DNA of 63,896 nucleotides, counting the filler, from Folioceros fuciformis (lineage: Eukaryota): NCBI GenBank assembly GCA_049999805.1. It is 6 parts of 6 records of this genome, joined end to end, with 100 filler letters (N's around TTAATTAATTAA, not from the genome) between each part and the next. Parts side by side here need not be neighbours in the genome. Positions count along the whole stretch, not along the records: positions 38,478 to 52,821 come from JBNGIO010004081.1; positions 52,922 to 61,116 come from JBNGIO010004084.1; 4 more parts are not named here. One strand, 5' to 3'. Made by a program: the position numbers and the translations under genes. The notes under the pieces are model-generated. The model had not been told where the DNA came from and did no database searches. It saw only the letters and a program-made list of their open reading frames with translations. Below are positions 44,857 through 57,561 of the stretch, in pieces (within the stretch, counting starts at the first letter, position 1; the number at the start of each line of letters is the position of its first letter).

Positions 44857-46937
44857 CCTTGCCTCCACGATACAGGATGATATCAGACTGCCGAAACTCT
44901 CGGAATGCGAGTCATTCAAACATGCACAGTTGAAGGCTAAAAGCCTCTTAAAACGTATCAAGGCACAACAGTTCCACAAAGATGCTATAAACCGTCTCTT
45001 TGAGGACACTCGGCATGTCGCGAGGGACTGATGCTCTGATTTAGACCTAAATTTCATGAAAGCTCTGGCTGAGCAGAGATGTGTCTCCAGCTGTATGCCG
45101 TCAATTTCTCTTCTGTTTAGGGATTAGGAGCTGTCGGCGCAGCGGCTGGTGTTCATTGGGACATGGCTTCTGGTGACAGCGGGAATGAAGGAGGCAAGCC
45201 CTTGGGCTTGCGTTGCCCGCGATGTTCTGCACCTCTTTCCAAGGATCTAGTAAATTTTCAACTATTCCAAGAATTGCTCTGCATTTCAAGACGCATGCAC
45301 GCCAACCGAACTTCTGAGCTGGGTGTTATCGGGTCTTGCGCAGGAGGCTAGCACTTGGACGATTCCACCAATTATGCGAGAATGTTTTGCCATGGTGAGC
45401 TTCCCGTAGCTGAGTCGCTCGTTTGATTCAGTGATGTCTGAGTGGCCTGTTTTCTAGTTTTAGTACTGATCTTGCTGAGTGTGATTTGCAGGTTGGTGCA
45501 GCGGCAGGTGGAGGTCTTGGCGCGTTTTATGGCTTCAATATGTGTACGTCTGAGCTTTTCTTTCTTCAAGGCGTAGGAGTTGAATCATTGCTTTGATTTG
45601 ACACGTTCCCCGACTTGTGGTTGTTTGTTTCTGGCAGTCTTGCCTCAGGTTTCGAAGTGGGTCAAGGGGTCGATGAGGACTCAATTTCTTGCAGGGGTAA
45701 GAACTTGAGAATTTTTTCCAGCCGGGTTTGTGGGTGGAGAGAGCGCTTACTCTCTGGTTTGGAGATGGTCTGGCCAAAGGCAGTGAGACCTTTGTCCTTG
45801 GTCTGTGCAGCTCCCTCCTGTGCTACTGTTTTCCGTGGGATGTGCGGGTCTGGCTGGTAAGCATTTACTCGGCGAAGAGTGCTGAAAGTTTGCGACGTGC
45901 GCGGACTACTTTCCTGCCTGGATAGCCAGGCACTGCCTCGTTTGACAGTCTGAGGGGCTGAGAGTTTCTTGTCTGTCTTCAGTGCTGACACAGCAGTGAT
46001 ATGGCTTTGGTTGCAGGAGGTGCTCTTCCCGGGATTGCTCAACTGGCTGCCTCCACGTATTACTTGACTGAATCAGCCTCGCATTCAGCAATATCTAGTG
46101 TCACCCTGCAAGTAGAGGGGAGAAGGGTAGCTTATCCCAGGTTTGTTTCTCAGCTACATCGCCAGTCGGACGCCAGCGTAGGTGCACCTTCCACTGCCAC
46201 ACCGTCCAGTTCAGATGAGGCCTGAGAGCTGGCAGGGTGAGGGCTGCTGCAGTGATTTTGTGCAACTCTGCGTAAATGACTTGTCCTCACGCAATCCAGG
46301 GCCAGGTACTGCCGGTACACGCTGAGATTGGCAGGTCAAGGATACGCAGAGGGTTTTGTAAACCGTTCTAGGGGGTCTGGTGAGCAGACGGGGGTATGTA
46401 GACAGAAGAGATCATTGAACCTCACCTACCGAACACACAGGTGTCAGTTTTGTGTCTTGGCCACGTACTGTACTAGTGCTTGTGCTTAATGTTTTCCACG
46501 AGTAGTGGAGTACATTCATGATTTGAAATGAGGACTTTCACTGGCCAAGCTTGGCTGTCGTGTACCGTCGGATGAATGGCTCCAAAACTCTGGCCCGTTT
46601 GGTGAGAATCCGAGGAAGGTCTCAACTCTCAACGGGGACAACTGATGCGCGCCAGAGCAGTACAGGTGGGGGCAGAACATGGACAGGCTGTGCGCACGAA
46701 GATGCAGTGAGTCACAGAGCTGGGCTGCTCCAAGGTTCAGACCCTCACATGGGACTGAAGGGTCCTGCAGTACTACTAAACCAGAGGGACCAGATTGATA
46801 AGTCCTGCCTGCGAACTACTATTGATAGCACGGTGGCTACTGATTTTTCACTATCTTCTGTACAACACTCCTTCCCAAATCATGGCCTTCTCAAATCATG
46901 GCTGTGTATCAATATGCACACCAAGCTTGCAGTTGTA

Positions 46938-48841
46938 TCAGGAATGCTCTACTAACGGAGCTACACTAACATCCTTACATTGATCCATACCCGATTCTGT
47001 TTTGCAGATCGGGGGAGGAGGAAGTGGGAATGCGAACCCAGCCAAAACGCCAGTCTCCAGGTTTGAGAAGCCAGAGACGAAAGACATTCGAGGCCTAGAT
47101 TTGGGCAATGTTGGAAGAGCCATTTGGCCGGCCAGCATGGCTTCCACCTGGACCATGGATGGGCGCTGCTGAGGAACCAGATGCATGCAGTGGAGCCCTA
47201 CAGTTATAACTCGTATCATTTCCCCTTCATCGAAGTCTCCTCCCAGTCTTGTGTCGATGGCATCCTTTAGCTGGTCTGCCTCCTTCAATTTCCACACCCA
47301 CTCCAAAAGTACTACTTGATCTGAGGGCAGGCTACCGTCCACAGGAGGTCTGCCACTGGCCACCTCCAATGCAAGTGCCCCAAAGCTGTACACGTCCAGC
47401 TTGTCGCAGATAATGCCTGTGGAGCTCAAAGCTTCGGGCGGAAGGTAGCCCCTAGTGCCTGCATGGGGTGTGGCCAATGCCACCTTCCCGTGATTGAACT
47501 GTTGAGCAAGCCCGAAGTCTCCTAGCTTCGCTGTCATGTCCTTGTCCAAAAGGATGTTGCTACTCTTCACATCTCGGTGCACCACGCCGTGGAGCCAGCC
47601 TCGGTGAAGAAAAGAGAGAGCAGAAGCCACCCCTTTCAGGATGCTGAGGCGTTGTGCCCATGTAAGAGGATTTGCTACTCCGGCATCTCCCTCCACTGGT
47701 TGTTTTCCTCTGTGTAAAACTTTGTCTAGGCTCCCTCCTGGCATATATTCGTAGACGAGAATCATCTGCCCCTTGTGCTGGCACCAGCCCAACAGGGGCA
47801 CCAGATGCTTATGCTGTAGTCTGCCAATCCTGCCCACTGTTCTGAGTTCGGACACGAACTCCCTCAATCCCTGTGGCGAGTTTGCAGCCATTTTCTTGGC
47901 AGCAATGAGCACGCCATCGGGCAGGACACCCTTGTAAACAAACCCAAACCCACCTTCACCTAGTTGATTCTTCTCAGCAAAAGCATTAGTTGCTCGACTG
48001 AGCTCCTTGAAGCTGAACAGTCGAGCTTCATTCAACCTGGACGCAGCCTGAGGTGAAATATAAGTTACGTCGTTGGTGCAGCACCCGCAGGTCCATGCCT
48101 GGGTCAGTCTTTGGAGCCAGTTGCCTTGACTAGCATCTTCACATACGAAAAGACAGTAAGAGCATGGCAAGATTTACAGAAGGTTGTGGAGATGCTCCTA
48201 ACCTTCAGAGCTGCAACAACACGGTGAAGAACGTACCGTAATTTTTGCGCTTGCTGTTTCTGCTGTTTCCACGCTTCTGAGCAACAACCAGATCGGGCAA
48301 ACAATTAAGAGCAAGGCCTGAGACAAAACAACATATGTTCACACACGTCTGCCAATCTAGCAACGTTCATCTTGAAGTGTCACGGGCTCTACCGGGTTCA
48401 CATCAGTCGTGAGAGACGAAGAACTACTCCAGCTGGCCTTTCGCCCCTACACAAAGAAAGAGGGGGCGTGTAAGCTCAGACTTCAGACTGGATCCCAGTA
48501 CTGCACTCCAACACTACAACCTGAATTCTACTACTACTGTACAACGAACTCGCAGTCTACAGTAGTCGGACTTCTGGACTCTAAATCTCCCATAAACCTC
48601 AAGCTCCCGGCATCCATTTCAACCACGGTGGATACATACAGTGGATTTCCTTAGCAGAAACAAACAAGAGTCGATCACTCACAGAGACGGGAGCCCCACA
48701 TATATTGCACTGCTGTGAGCTATTGCTGAACTGCAGGCCGGTGTTGTTGGAAGCCTCGTTGGAACTGGAAGAGGAGGTGGTTGGAGTATGGTGAACACAG
48801 AAGCTGCTCTGTAACAGGCCTGTGCCTTCTGGCGCTGCCAT
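46938..48841 (-). CDS. Receptor-like cytoplasmic kinase with an L-type LecRK-like kinase domain (short 5' exons uncertain)
   Basis: FSFKELSRATNAF, LGEGGFGFVYKG, HKHLVPLLGWC, VVHRDVKSSNILLD, LGDFGLA, AGTRGYLPPE, DVYSFG. Kinase exon 46938-~48136. No lectin domain is visible upstream. Confidence 0.88.
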
Positions 48842-50615
48842 ATGGTAAAACTGTCTATGCTCTAGTCCAGGCGGAATTCTTGAAATCGAGGCGCCCGAAG
48901 AGCAGAATTCAGCGGCTCATCCACTGTCAACCTGTGAGCAAACCGAACACCCATCGACGCTTGGCCCTGCAATCCAACGATTCCTTCAAAGCATTCGCAG
49001 CAACATCTCCAAACACCTGGGCAGCTTCCGGTGCGACATCAGCGTGCTCTACGGAGTGTCTCTCCGCACACCCGTGAATCCGAATCCAAACCCAGCGAAT
49101 TCAACAAATTTTCATTCCGCGGTGGGCGACTCCGGACATGCCCAAAGCTGCGAGTATCCCGAATCCGGCAAGTCGCTCACAATTCTCCGACTACCCCATG
49201 CACCGCCTTCCCAGCAGCGTCGTCTAAAATCCCTACCCGACCCAGGAGGCACAGACGCGCGGCGTCTCCGTGGACCCAACATAAACAAACGCTACGGAGA
49301 GGAAGGCGGAGATGAGGAGGAAAAAGTCTCGCGTTAGAGAGGAGAGAGGCTCTCCGTTACCCGGCACGCATGTCTCGACCTGCGCGGTGGAAGACAGATA
49401 TGGCGTATAGGCCACAGATCTACCCGATGTTGGGTGTTGGGTACAGGCCGGAAGTAGGTACATACCGCCACCCAATAATTCTACCCTGGCAAGCGTCTGC
49501 CAATGGAAAACAGCAAAAATCATCTGGGTGTTTCCAGTCACGAACGGGTTGCTCGCAGTGGAGGAAGGTGAAATGGATCACAATCTTTGGACTGATGCAG
49601 GAACCGGCACAGAAAGAGGCAGAGGGAAGCGGTCCAGGGATCCTCCGTCCCGTCAGAACGGGGGTCCACGGACCACGAGCCTTTTTGCTTGCCTCGGTTG
49701 TTGATTCTTCTGACAAGTGTGTGTGCAAACAGTCAAAACGCTCGTCTTGTTCGGACAGGCCTTGAGCCAGCCAGCGGCATTGCGCATGCTGCCTCTGGCA
49801 GAGCACCCCTTCTGAAGCCCGAGGCGAGGTGAGGTGAGGCAAGGCGAGGCCAGCCAGACCAGGCTGCTCCATGTCTGTCTTGCTACTGCCAGTCCAGGCT
49901 CTTTCTTGTCTTGTTTTACTGCACCACCACTACGCACTGTGCATTTTGCCATGTACAACATGTATCCACATGCATGTCTCTGAAAGCACTGGTACGGGTA
50001 GGTGAGAGGTCGGTTTGGACAGTGACCAGGTTCCACGCTCCAACCACTTCCTTTTGCATGCATAACGCCAGCTTAATCTTGCCCTCAGAAAGCCAACACG
50101 CTTCCGGAATTTGACAATCTAGAAAGCCAGACTACCGTATGTATACATGTGTATGTGTGTGTGTCTTCCCAGAATCTTGGGGGAAAAACTCCTACACTTT
50201 GCACAGACACCTCGATCGGCAACACGCTGTTAATCAACGATTACGTGTGCCGAAGAGATCACTTTTGATCAATCTGTACATCAATTTCCTAGGGCTGCGT
50301 TCCAGCAGGACCACCTCAGCATCAGTATGACACGCTCAAGACAGGCCTACAACCCAAATCACGAGCAACAGTGGGCTGCTCAGAGCAGTGACGAAGCTGT
50401 GGAAAGCTTGAAGCTTACCCATGATTTGCACTCCTCACGATGATAGGGAGGCGGGGCCAACAAGGAAGGAAGGCAAATGAAAAGACGGAAGAGGAAGGGG
50501 AAGAGGAAGGAAGGGGACTCAGGCTGAGAGAGACAGGGAGAAAAGCGAAAGTAAGACTAGAAGGGAAGGGAAGGGGAAGAAAAACAAAGGAAGGGAAGGA
50601 GGAAGAGCCTGTCTG

Positions 50616-52340
50616 TCAGGTGATGCAGACGACAGGGCGCCTGGCGGGGAGGGGAGGCGGACTCACGTGGCCGGAGAGGTAGCGGACGACGTCGATCATC
50701 TTGGGGCGGAGCTTGGGATCGAGGTGGGAGCAGAGGAGGCCCAGGTGGAGCACGAGGAGCATGAGGTGACGGGGGAACTCGCCGGCGAAGCGAGGATCCG
50801 ACGCTTCCAAGAGGCGGTTCTGCTCGTGGAGGTCCCACACCCAGTTGATAAGCAGAGGGTGCTCCAACTTGTAGTCCACAGGTCGACGGCCACAGGCTAT
50901 CTCCAGCACCACAGCACCGAAACTGTAGACATCGAGCTTGTCCGTCATGTGGTTGTCGGAGCCAGTGGCCACCTCGGGGGCCAGATATCCCAAGGTGCCC
51001 GCCGGCCGAGTGGTCAGTGGGAGCTGCCCGAAATTGTGCTGCCGTGCCAGCCCGAAATCGCCCAACACCGCCTTGCCGTCCTCCTGGTCGATGAGGATGT
51101 TGGAGGTCTTGACGTCGCGGTGGATCACGCAGTGCAGCCAACCGGAGTGGAGGAAGGCAAGGGCAGACGCCACCCCCGAGATGATCTTGTACCGCTGATC
51201 GAAAGCCAGAGGGTTGGGGTTGCGCTGGGAGGGCGGAATCCGGGAGTGCAGGATCCGGTCCAGGCTCCCCGCCGGGAAGTAGGAGTAGACAAGGAGCAGC
51301 TCGCCCTTCTCCTGGCACCAGCCCAGTAACGGAACCAGATTGGGATGGCGCAGCCCGCTCATTCGTCCAGTTATGCTCACCTCCGACACGAACTCCTTCA
51401 CGCCTTGGTGCGAGTTGGCTGAGATCTTCTTGATGGCGATGTACTTGTTCTGGATGAATCCCTTGTACACCTTCCCGAACCCGCCCACCCCGATCTCGTT
51501 CCTCTTGTCGAACCCGTTGGTGGCCTTGCTCAGCTCCCTGATGGTGAACACCCTGGTTTCCCCCTGCTCCGGGTCGTGCTCATGGTCATGGGAGGAGGCG
51601 AAGGATGAGCCCACCCCCCCAGATCCGAAGGAATGGTCTCGCCCGATGGACCTGGGATTGGAAGAGCTTTTGAAAAAGTCCCCCAACCTCGCCCTCCAGA
51701 CCGACTTGTTCCTGCCACTGCCGCCAATCCTCCTTTCACCGTCACGATCATCGTCCCCGGGGGCTTGGATAAGAGACGCCCGCTGTGGCGGGGCCCTTGA
51801 TTGCAGGATGGGTGAGATGCTCCGATTCGGACTGGGTGACTGGCAGCCTATGTCCGTCAAGGATGCAGTCATGGCATCCACGTACCTGGAATCTTCCTCC
51901 GGCTCTCTCTCCCGCTCGCGCTTCGCCTCATCTGGACCGCTTGGCAGTGTTGCATGATGTTCCCAGTATGAGAGGGAGCCCACTCGAGCGATGACTATCG
52001 GGCGATGAACGTCCTCCCCGTCCTCTTCAGCCACAATGCCCTGCTGCCGCTCCTCCACTCGGCTCGATGAGAATCCGCTTGTCGGCTCTGGCGAGGGTGC
52101 CCCACTCACCGCAGTCAGCTGCACCCCATCATCCTCAAACTTATCGGACTTCTCTCTCAACGAGCCGGCGACGTCTTGCCTCAACTGTAATCTCAGGCTC
52201 CCGGCTCTGGGACCTACAACATCATGCGGACTGATGCCAGACCGTGCCCTTCTACATCTCACCAACACGAATACTCCAAGCAGAATTAACACGCCCACTG
52301 CAGCAGCACAGATGAGGATGATCATTTCTGGGAATTCCAT
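50616..52340 (-). CDS. Membrane-anchored receptor-like kinase without ectodomain (L-type LecRK-like kinase), intronless
   Basis: MEFPEM then TM segment IILICAAAVGVLILLGVFVLV-RCRR, a long disordered juxtamembrane region, and a full kinase (IGVGGFGKVYKG, AIKK, HRDVKTSN, DFGLAR, GTLGYLAPE). Confidence 0.93.
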   Translation of the reverse strand: MEFPEMIILICAAAVGVLILLGVFVLVRCRRARSGISPHDVVGPRAGSLRLQLRQDVAGSLREKSDKFEDDGVQLTAVSGAPSPEPTSGFSSSRVEERQQGIVAEEDGEDVHRPIVIARVGSLSYWEHHATLPSGPDEAKREREREPEEDSRYVDAMTASLTDIGCQSPSPNRSISPILQSRAPPQRASLIQAPGDDDRDGERRIGGSGRNKSVWRARLGDFFKSSSNPRSIGRDHSFGSGGVGSSFASSHDHEHDPEQGETRVFTIRELSKATNGFDKRNEIGVGGFGKVYKGFIQNKYIAIKKISANSHQGVKEFVSEVSITGRMSGLRHPNLVPLLGWCQEKGELLLVYSYFPAGSLDRILHSRIPPSQRNPNPLAFDQRYKIISGVASALAFLHSGWLHCVIHRDVKTSNILIDQEDGKAVLGDFGLARQHNFGQLPLTTRPAGTLGYLAPEVATGSDNHMTDKLDVYSFGAVVLEIACGRRPVDYKLEHPLLINWVWDLHEQNRLLEASDPRFAGEFPRHLMLLVLHLGLLCSHLDPKLRPKMIDVVRYLSGHVSPPPLPARRPVVCIT

Positions 52341-54772
52341 TGCCCAGCCCACGAGCACCTCCCCCTTCTGCCGCGATTGCTTTCCCACCCAATCTTCAAG
52401 CAGGACGCTCCTCCTCCTACCAACTCCAGACCATCCTCCTAATGAATGCCTGCCTCTCTACAACCCCCCAGCGCACAACCTCCTAAGCCTGCGTCACTAC
52501 AACCCACACACAACCTCCTACGCCTGGCAGTGCCTCACACCGACCCACCACGCGATCTGCCCCAAATTCACTCGGACGAATTACTATCCTCCATCACCCG
52601 CCCCTGCACGAAAATGGAACAGCTCAAAGCCCACAACACCACCCTCATTTCAACCTTGTCTGCCGCACCCGAGCCCGAAGGAGAGTCGGAAGCACAGCAC
52701 CCAAGTCACATCGCAGTCCTGCTCCTCCCTTCCAACACAGCGACAGATTTTTGGATTCATTGCACACACATTCACGTTCCTTTTGTACCAGGGTCACGTC
52801 CTTGATTGCACAGTCCAGGACNNNNNNNNNNNNNNNNNNNNNNNNNNNNNNNNNNNNNNNNNNNNTTAATTAATTAANNNNNNNNNNNNNNNNNNNNNNN
52901 NNNNNNNNNNNNNNNNNNNNNCCTTAGTATTGACTACTTCATGTTTCCTGCGTTCAAGTGCTTCATGTCGAGCAACGTACATCTCCTTCCTTCAGGCTAT
53001 GTACTTGTACTTTGGTTGAGTGACTTGTGGTCTAACCTATGGTCTGGTTCTTTCACTCTCAGGATTCAGCCTGACGCTGTTTTCGGATGTCGTAGGATTT
53101 CTTAGGCTGTTTGTCCTTTGCTTGGGTTTTTTATGTTCCGGGGATTCGGATGTTCTTCCATATTCAGTGATGCGGGCGTCGTGGATGGCTCTTTCTTTTC
53201 TTTTTTCTTCGTCGTCCCTGGAAGCTGGATGACGAGCGACACATAGACCTGTGCTGATTCTGATGAGGATACAACATGCACCATCAGCTGACAGCCTCAG
53301 CCAGGGCAATTCTGTAGGGCAAAAAGATCGGTGTGAGAGCTTGGTTTACCTGTCTTGGTGGGCTGTGATTCTTAGGTTTTGTTGGAGACGGCGGGGCCAC
53401 TGGGGTGGTCTGGAGCCAGCTGGTCTTGTGCCACGAGTATCCCCACGGCACTGCAACACTTTCATACCAGTGCATTGAAGAGGCTCTGACGATTCTGGCA
53501 CCTATGGAGGATAGTGTCGGAGGCTGCCCTAACCCTCCCGCGTCCTTATCCTGGACACCGCCACCCCAAGGAACGCCGGGCTTGGGCTGTTGGCTCCTTC
53601 TAGCAGTATACACATACATTCCGTGGGCCAGACTTGCTGGCTGGGTGGCTCACTTGCACATGTTTCTGTTACGGGAGCGCGAATGTCAACATGCAAACAT
53701 CCTGAACAACCTTGTCTGTGCCCATTGCTCCTACATGACTACTTAGAACTTGGTGAATTGGACCGCCCCTGAGACCTGGATATGGTAATATGATGCTCAC
53801 ACTGCAGAGCTCTAACTTGTTTCTAGGAGAAGTTGGTTGCCGTCATTCAGTCTGATGCTGTTGCTTTCACTGGCCCCTCATGCGTCATGGTCGCAAGCAC
53901 TTGGATTCCATGGCTGAGCAGCATGGCATCAAACCTACTCTCGAGTTTCACAGTTGCATGATTGATCCTCTGGGACGTCCGGCCCAGAGAGCATTTCTGT
54001 TGTGTGACAGCTAAAGAAGAGTTCAGGAACTGACGTCGTCGTTGAACGTCTGCAGCAGTCACGCGAATACCGAGAGCACGACAGGGTTTGGAGGGTCTGG
54101 CCACGCACTGAAGCCGCGAAGTGTACCAGCAAATCCTGCCCTGCCCCTTTCGTGGGGTAAGTAAGAGTAAGCTTTGTCTTGTTTGTATTGTATGCTGAGG
54201 AGTTGGTTCTGGAGTCTGGTCTATTGAAAACTCCGATTGAACATCTCCGGTGGTAACGAAGAAATCTACACACGTCCACAGTGACTTCTCAGCTCGACAG
54301 TGACCATGTTGTCAGATCTGGAACATCTTTACGAGGGACATAGTGCGAGGGATGGGTACCTTGTGCCTCCGTTCACACCTGGCCCTTGCAGTTGTAAGGG
54401 TGGACAGTGAGGAAAACGATGGAACTAGCCTTGTCCTGAAAAGTGTGCACTTTTGTCTTCAGGCATGCTCAACTGCATCCCACTCGCCTCATCACTTCGA
54501 GTCACTTGGGGTTGGCGATATCCGAATAGATATTAAGGATTGATTACATATTATGTCAGCACAGTAAGATATATCTTATTTAAACTATTTTATATATTTT
54601 TATCATAAAAAGTGACAAACGTTCTTATGAGGGAAAAGAAGTTAAACATGATATTAGGTCCTCTTTGATTTGTGATTTTGGTTTCCTCTTCCTCAATGTA
54701 TATTTATGTACATGGGTGCATCGAGAGACCAGCTAGTTATTCGGGGAGACGACTTAGTTATTCGGGGAGACA

Positions 54773-55058
54773 GAAAAGAGGGGAGACGACTCTCGAAGAA
54801 AAAGTAAAAGTTATTCGGAAAAGAGGGGAGACGACTCTAGAAGAAAAAGTAAAAGTTATTTAGAAAAGAGGAGAGATGACTCTAGAAGAAAAAGTAAAAG
54901 CTATTCAGAAAAGAGGAGAGATGACTCTAGAAGAACAAGTAAAAGCTAGTCGGAAAAGAGGAAAAGAGGGGAGATGACTCTAGAAGAAATAGTAAAAGCT
55001 AGTTGGAAAAGAGGGGAGACACACTCTAGAAGAAAAAGTAAAATCTAGTCGGAAAAGA
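54773..55058. repeat. ~45-bp purine-rich tandem repeat x6
   Basis: AAAAGAGG(G/A)GAGA(C/T)GACTCTAGAAGAAAAAGTAAAAG(C/T)TA(T/G)TCGG. Confidence 0.92.
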
Positions 55059-55254
55059 AGGATCCGTTCAAGTCTTTATAGCATGTACTTCAAACATGAA
55101 GTCAAATTGACTTAACTAACCATGATCTTTTATGACCATGTGTTGTGTGTACGTAGAATCTTTAGGGCGTAGAAGAATACATACATACATACTTCTTGTA
55201 GCCTTGTCAAACTAATGCTATGAATATTTGTACTCTAGTCAAACTGACTCCGAT

Positions 55255-55544
55255 TCTCACTGATCCAATATCTTGTATGGACATGTTGCGTTGCATGGAA
55301 GCCAAACCTTTGTGCAAAGAAAAGACACGAGTACAGTACCTTGGCCTCACCCATAGCCCTGGCTAGTTTGATTCTCACTGATCCAATATCTTGTATGGAC
55401 ATGTTGCGTTGCATGGAAGNNNNNNNNNNTCTCACTGATCCAATATCTTGTATGGACATGTTGCGTTGCATGGAAGCCAAACCTTTGTGCAGAGAAAAGA
55501 CACGAGTACAGTACCTTGGCCTCACCCATAGCCCTGGCTAGTTT
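55255..55544. repeat. ~118-bp tandem repeat (>=2.5 copies, spans a 10-N gap)
   Basis: TTCTCACTGATCCAATATCTTGTATGGACATGTTGCGTTGCATGGAAG at ~55253, 55372 and 55430. Confidence 0.9.
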
Positions 55545-55636
55545 GTCGTGTTATGAGTCCATGGTTGGTGGCCTTGTACTACCACCAAGTCCATGGTTGG
55601 TGGCCTTGTACTACCGCCAACCTTGTACTACGAGGT

Positions 55637-56560
55637 GTCTCAATGTCTCAATTCACCACGTAGTGTCTTGGTTCATTGTCTCAATTCGCCACACAGTGTC
55701 TTGGTTCATTGTCTCAATTCACCACGCAGTGTCTTGCTTCATTGCTCTGATCCATTGTCGTGTCTTTCGAGAAAGGTCTAGTCAAACTAGACAATACCGT
55801 CAGAGAGTATTCTAGAAGGAGTACCCTGATCAACTTCTGACTACATCCTTTGGAGTGATTGGTGGGTGTGGACAAGGTACATACTGGGTGTTGTACTACA
55901 AGGTGTCTCAGTTCACCACATAAAGTCTTGGTTCATTGTCGTGTCCATGTGACAAAGCTTTGTTCAATGGTGGACCAGATAGGGCACTCTAAGAGGAGTA
56001 GGCCCATCAACTTCTGACTCCTTGTGGAATGACTTGATGGTGAACAAAGTACTTCGTGGTGTACTACAAGATGTCCCAGCTCACCATGTAGGGAACTCGG
56101 GTTATTGCTCTGATCCAGATCCGTGTCCATGTGAGAAAGCTCTATTCAGTGGAGGACAAGATAGGGTTCTCTAAGAGGAGTAGGTAAATCAACTTCTGAC
56201 TCCTCTTGGAGCGAGCTACTATTGGTGGTGGACAAGGTACTTTGAGTGGAGCAAGGAGATGGACTACTTTTGGAGTGGAGTCGGTGGTGGATAAGGTACA
56301 CTAAGTGGAGTAGGCGGATCGACTCGTGCCTGTGAAGTCTGAAGTAGGTGGTGGGTGGGCAAGGTACGTTTAGAGGAGTAGGTACATCAACTATTGTCTA
56401 ATTCAAGTTTGAGTGAGGTCGGAGGTGGACAAGGTACACCAAATGGAGTAAGGAAGGATGGAGGCAATTCCCAATTTGTGGTGGTGTGAGTGGGTTGTGC
56501 AGTACAATTCACCACGCCTTGGTAGTGTGTCTTGGTTCATTACTTGTACCATGACTCGTG
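55637..56560. repeat. 33-bp repeat x3 followed by longer degenerate repeats
   Basis: GTCTCAATTCACCAC..AGTGTCTTGGTTCATT x3 at 55645-55743. Then recurring GAGGAGTAGG...ATCAACTTCTGACT and GGTGGACAAGGTAC motifs, with TTCACCAC/CTTGGTTCATT echoes to ~56540. Confidence 0.7.
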
Positions 56561-57561
56561 ATTCATTCGAATTAATCCAATGGTGCGATGATGCAAAGTT
56601 GTGGGTTGGGTTGGGCTGGGCTGGATGGAGAAGGTGGGATAAGCCATGGTGGTGTAAGCAAGCAAGGTGGGTTGGGTGGAGTAAAGAGTATGCAACAGTA
56701 GTGTTTGTACTTGAACGTGCTGGATAATAAGGATATCCGCGGAGGATAGAAAGCGAAGTTACAGGGCATATGCTTTGTGTGGCGGGTAAAGAGTGTAACG
56801 AACGGAAACGGTACGACGGTAAGTAAAGCGGACTGAGCACGTCCCGGGCTGCTGCTGCCGCGACTGCGGTCTGGCACAGGCAGAGGCCTCCTGGCTAGCA
56901 CGGGAATCTGTGAGTGGGTGCGCAGGGGACGTTGAGGGTTCGAATCCCGTGCAGTACAAACGGAGAGTGACAAGGAAGGTGTTGGAAGCAAGTAAAGCAA
57001 AGCAAGGCAAGGCAAGGCAAGGGAAGTGAAAGAAGGAAAGATGGAAAGAAAGGAGATGTGTCCCCGACGATTAATATGGGGCAGGTAGGCGGAGGCTGTC
57101 AGTGGGGGCAGGCAAAGGTACCGTGCAAGCAGGGACCTCCTCCTCCTCCCCGCGGATCATCCCACAGCCTCCGGCGGCCTGGGCTGGGCTGGGCTGGCCT
57201 GGCCTCGGCTCCTCTCGTCTCGTCTCGTCTCGTCCCGTGTCGTGTCGTGTCGTCTCGGCTCGCCCCGGGGCCTACATATTTATCCACACTTGCCGCTGCT
57301 GCTCTCACCTGCCAAGAGCAAGCGCGAGCACAAGCCTCCAAGGCGAGTCTTCCCCACTCCCAGTCTTCTCTTCCTGCTCCCGCTCCCGCTCCCGCTCCTC
57401 CTCCGCCTTGGATCGCTCCTCGGCCTCGGCCCCGGATCCACCCCCCGCTCAATGCGCCTCGCGCTGCACCGCCAGCACCCTCGCCTCAGCTGCTGACGCG
57501 GGTCAGCCTGCCCGCTCTGCTCTCCTCGGGGAGGGGATTCGCACCCCCCGCGTTCCCCGCC

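Noticed and set aside
45100-46230. Ser/Thr/Lys-rich minus-strand frames between the cyclophilin and the kinase
   Set aside because: Several stops and no domain signature.
7431-52340. A single defence gene cluster (germin, DUF594, F-box, LRR-RLPs, LecRK-like kinases)
   Set aside because: The genes lie on three different pieces separated by artificial spacers, so clustering is not demonstrated.
53020-54540. Several 60-115 aa ORFs after the fourth spacer
   Set aside because: No homology pattern recognised.
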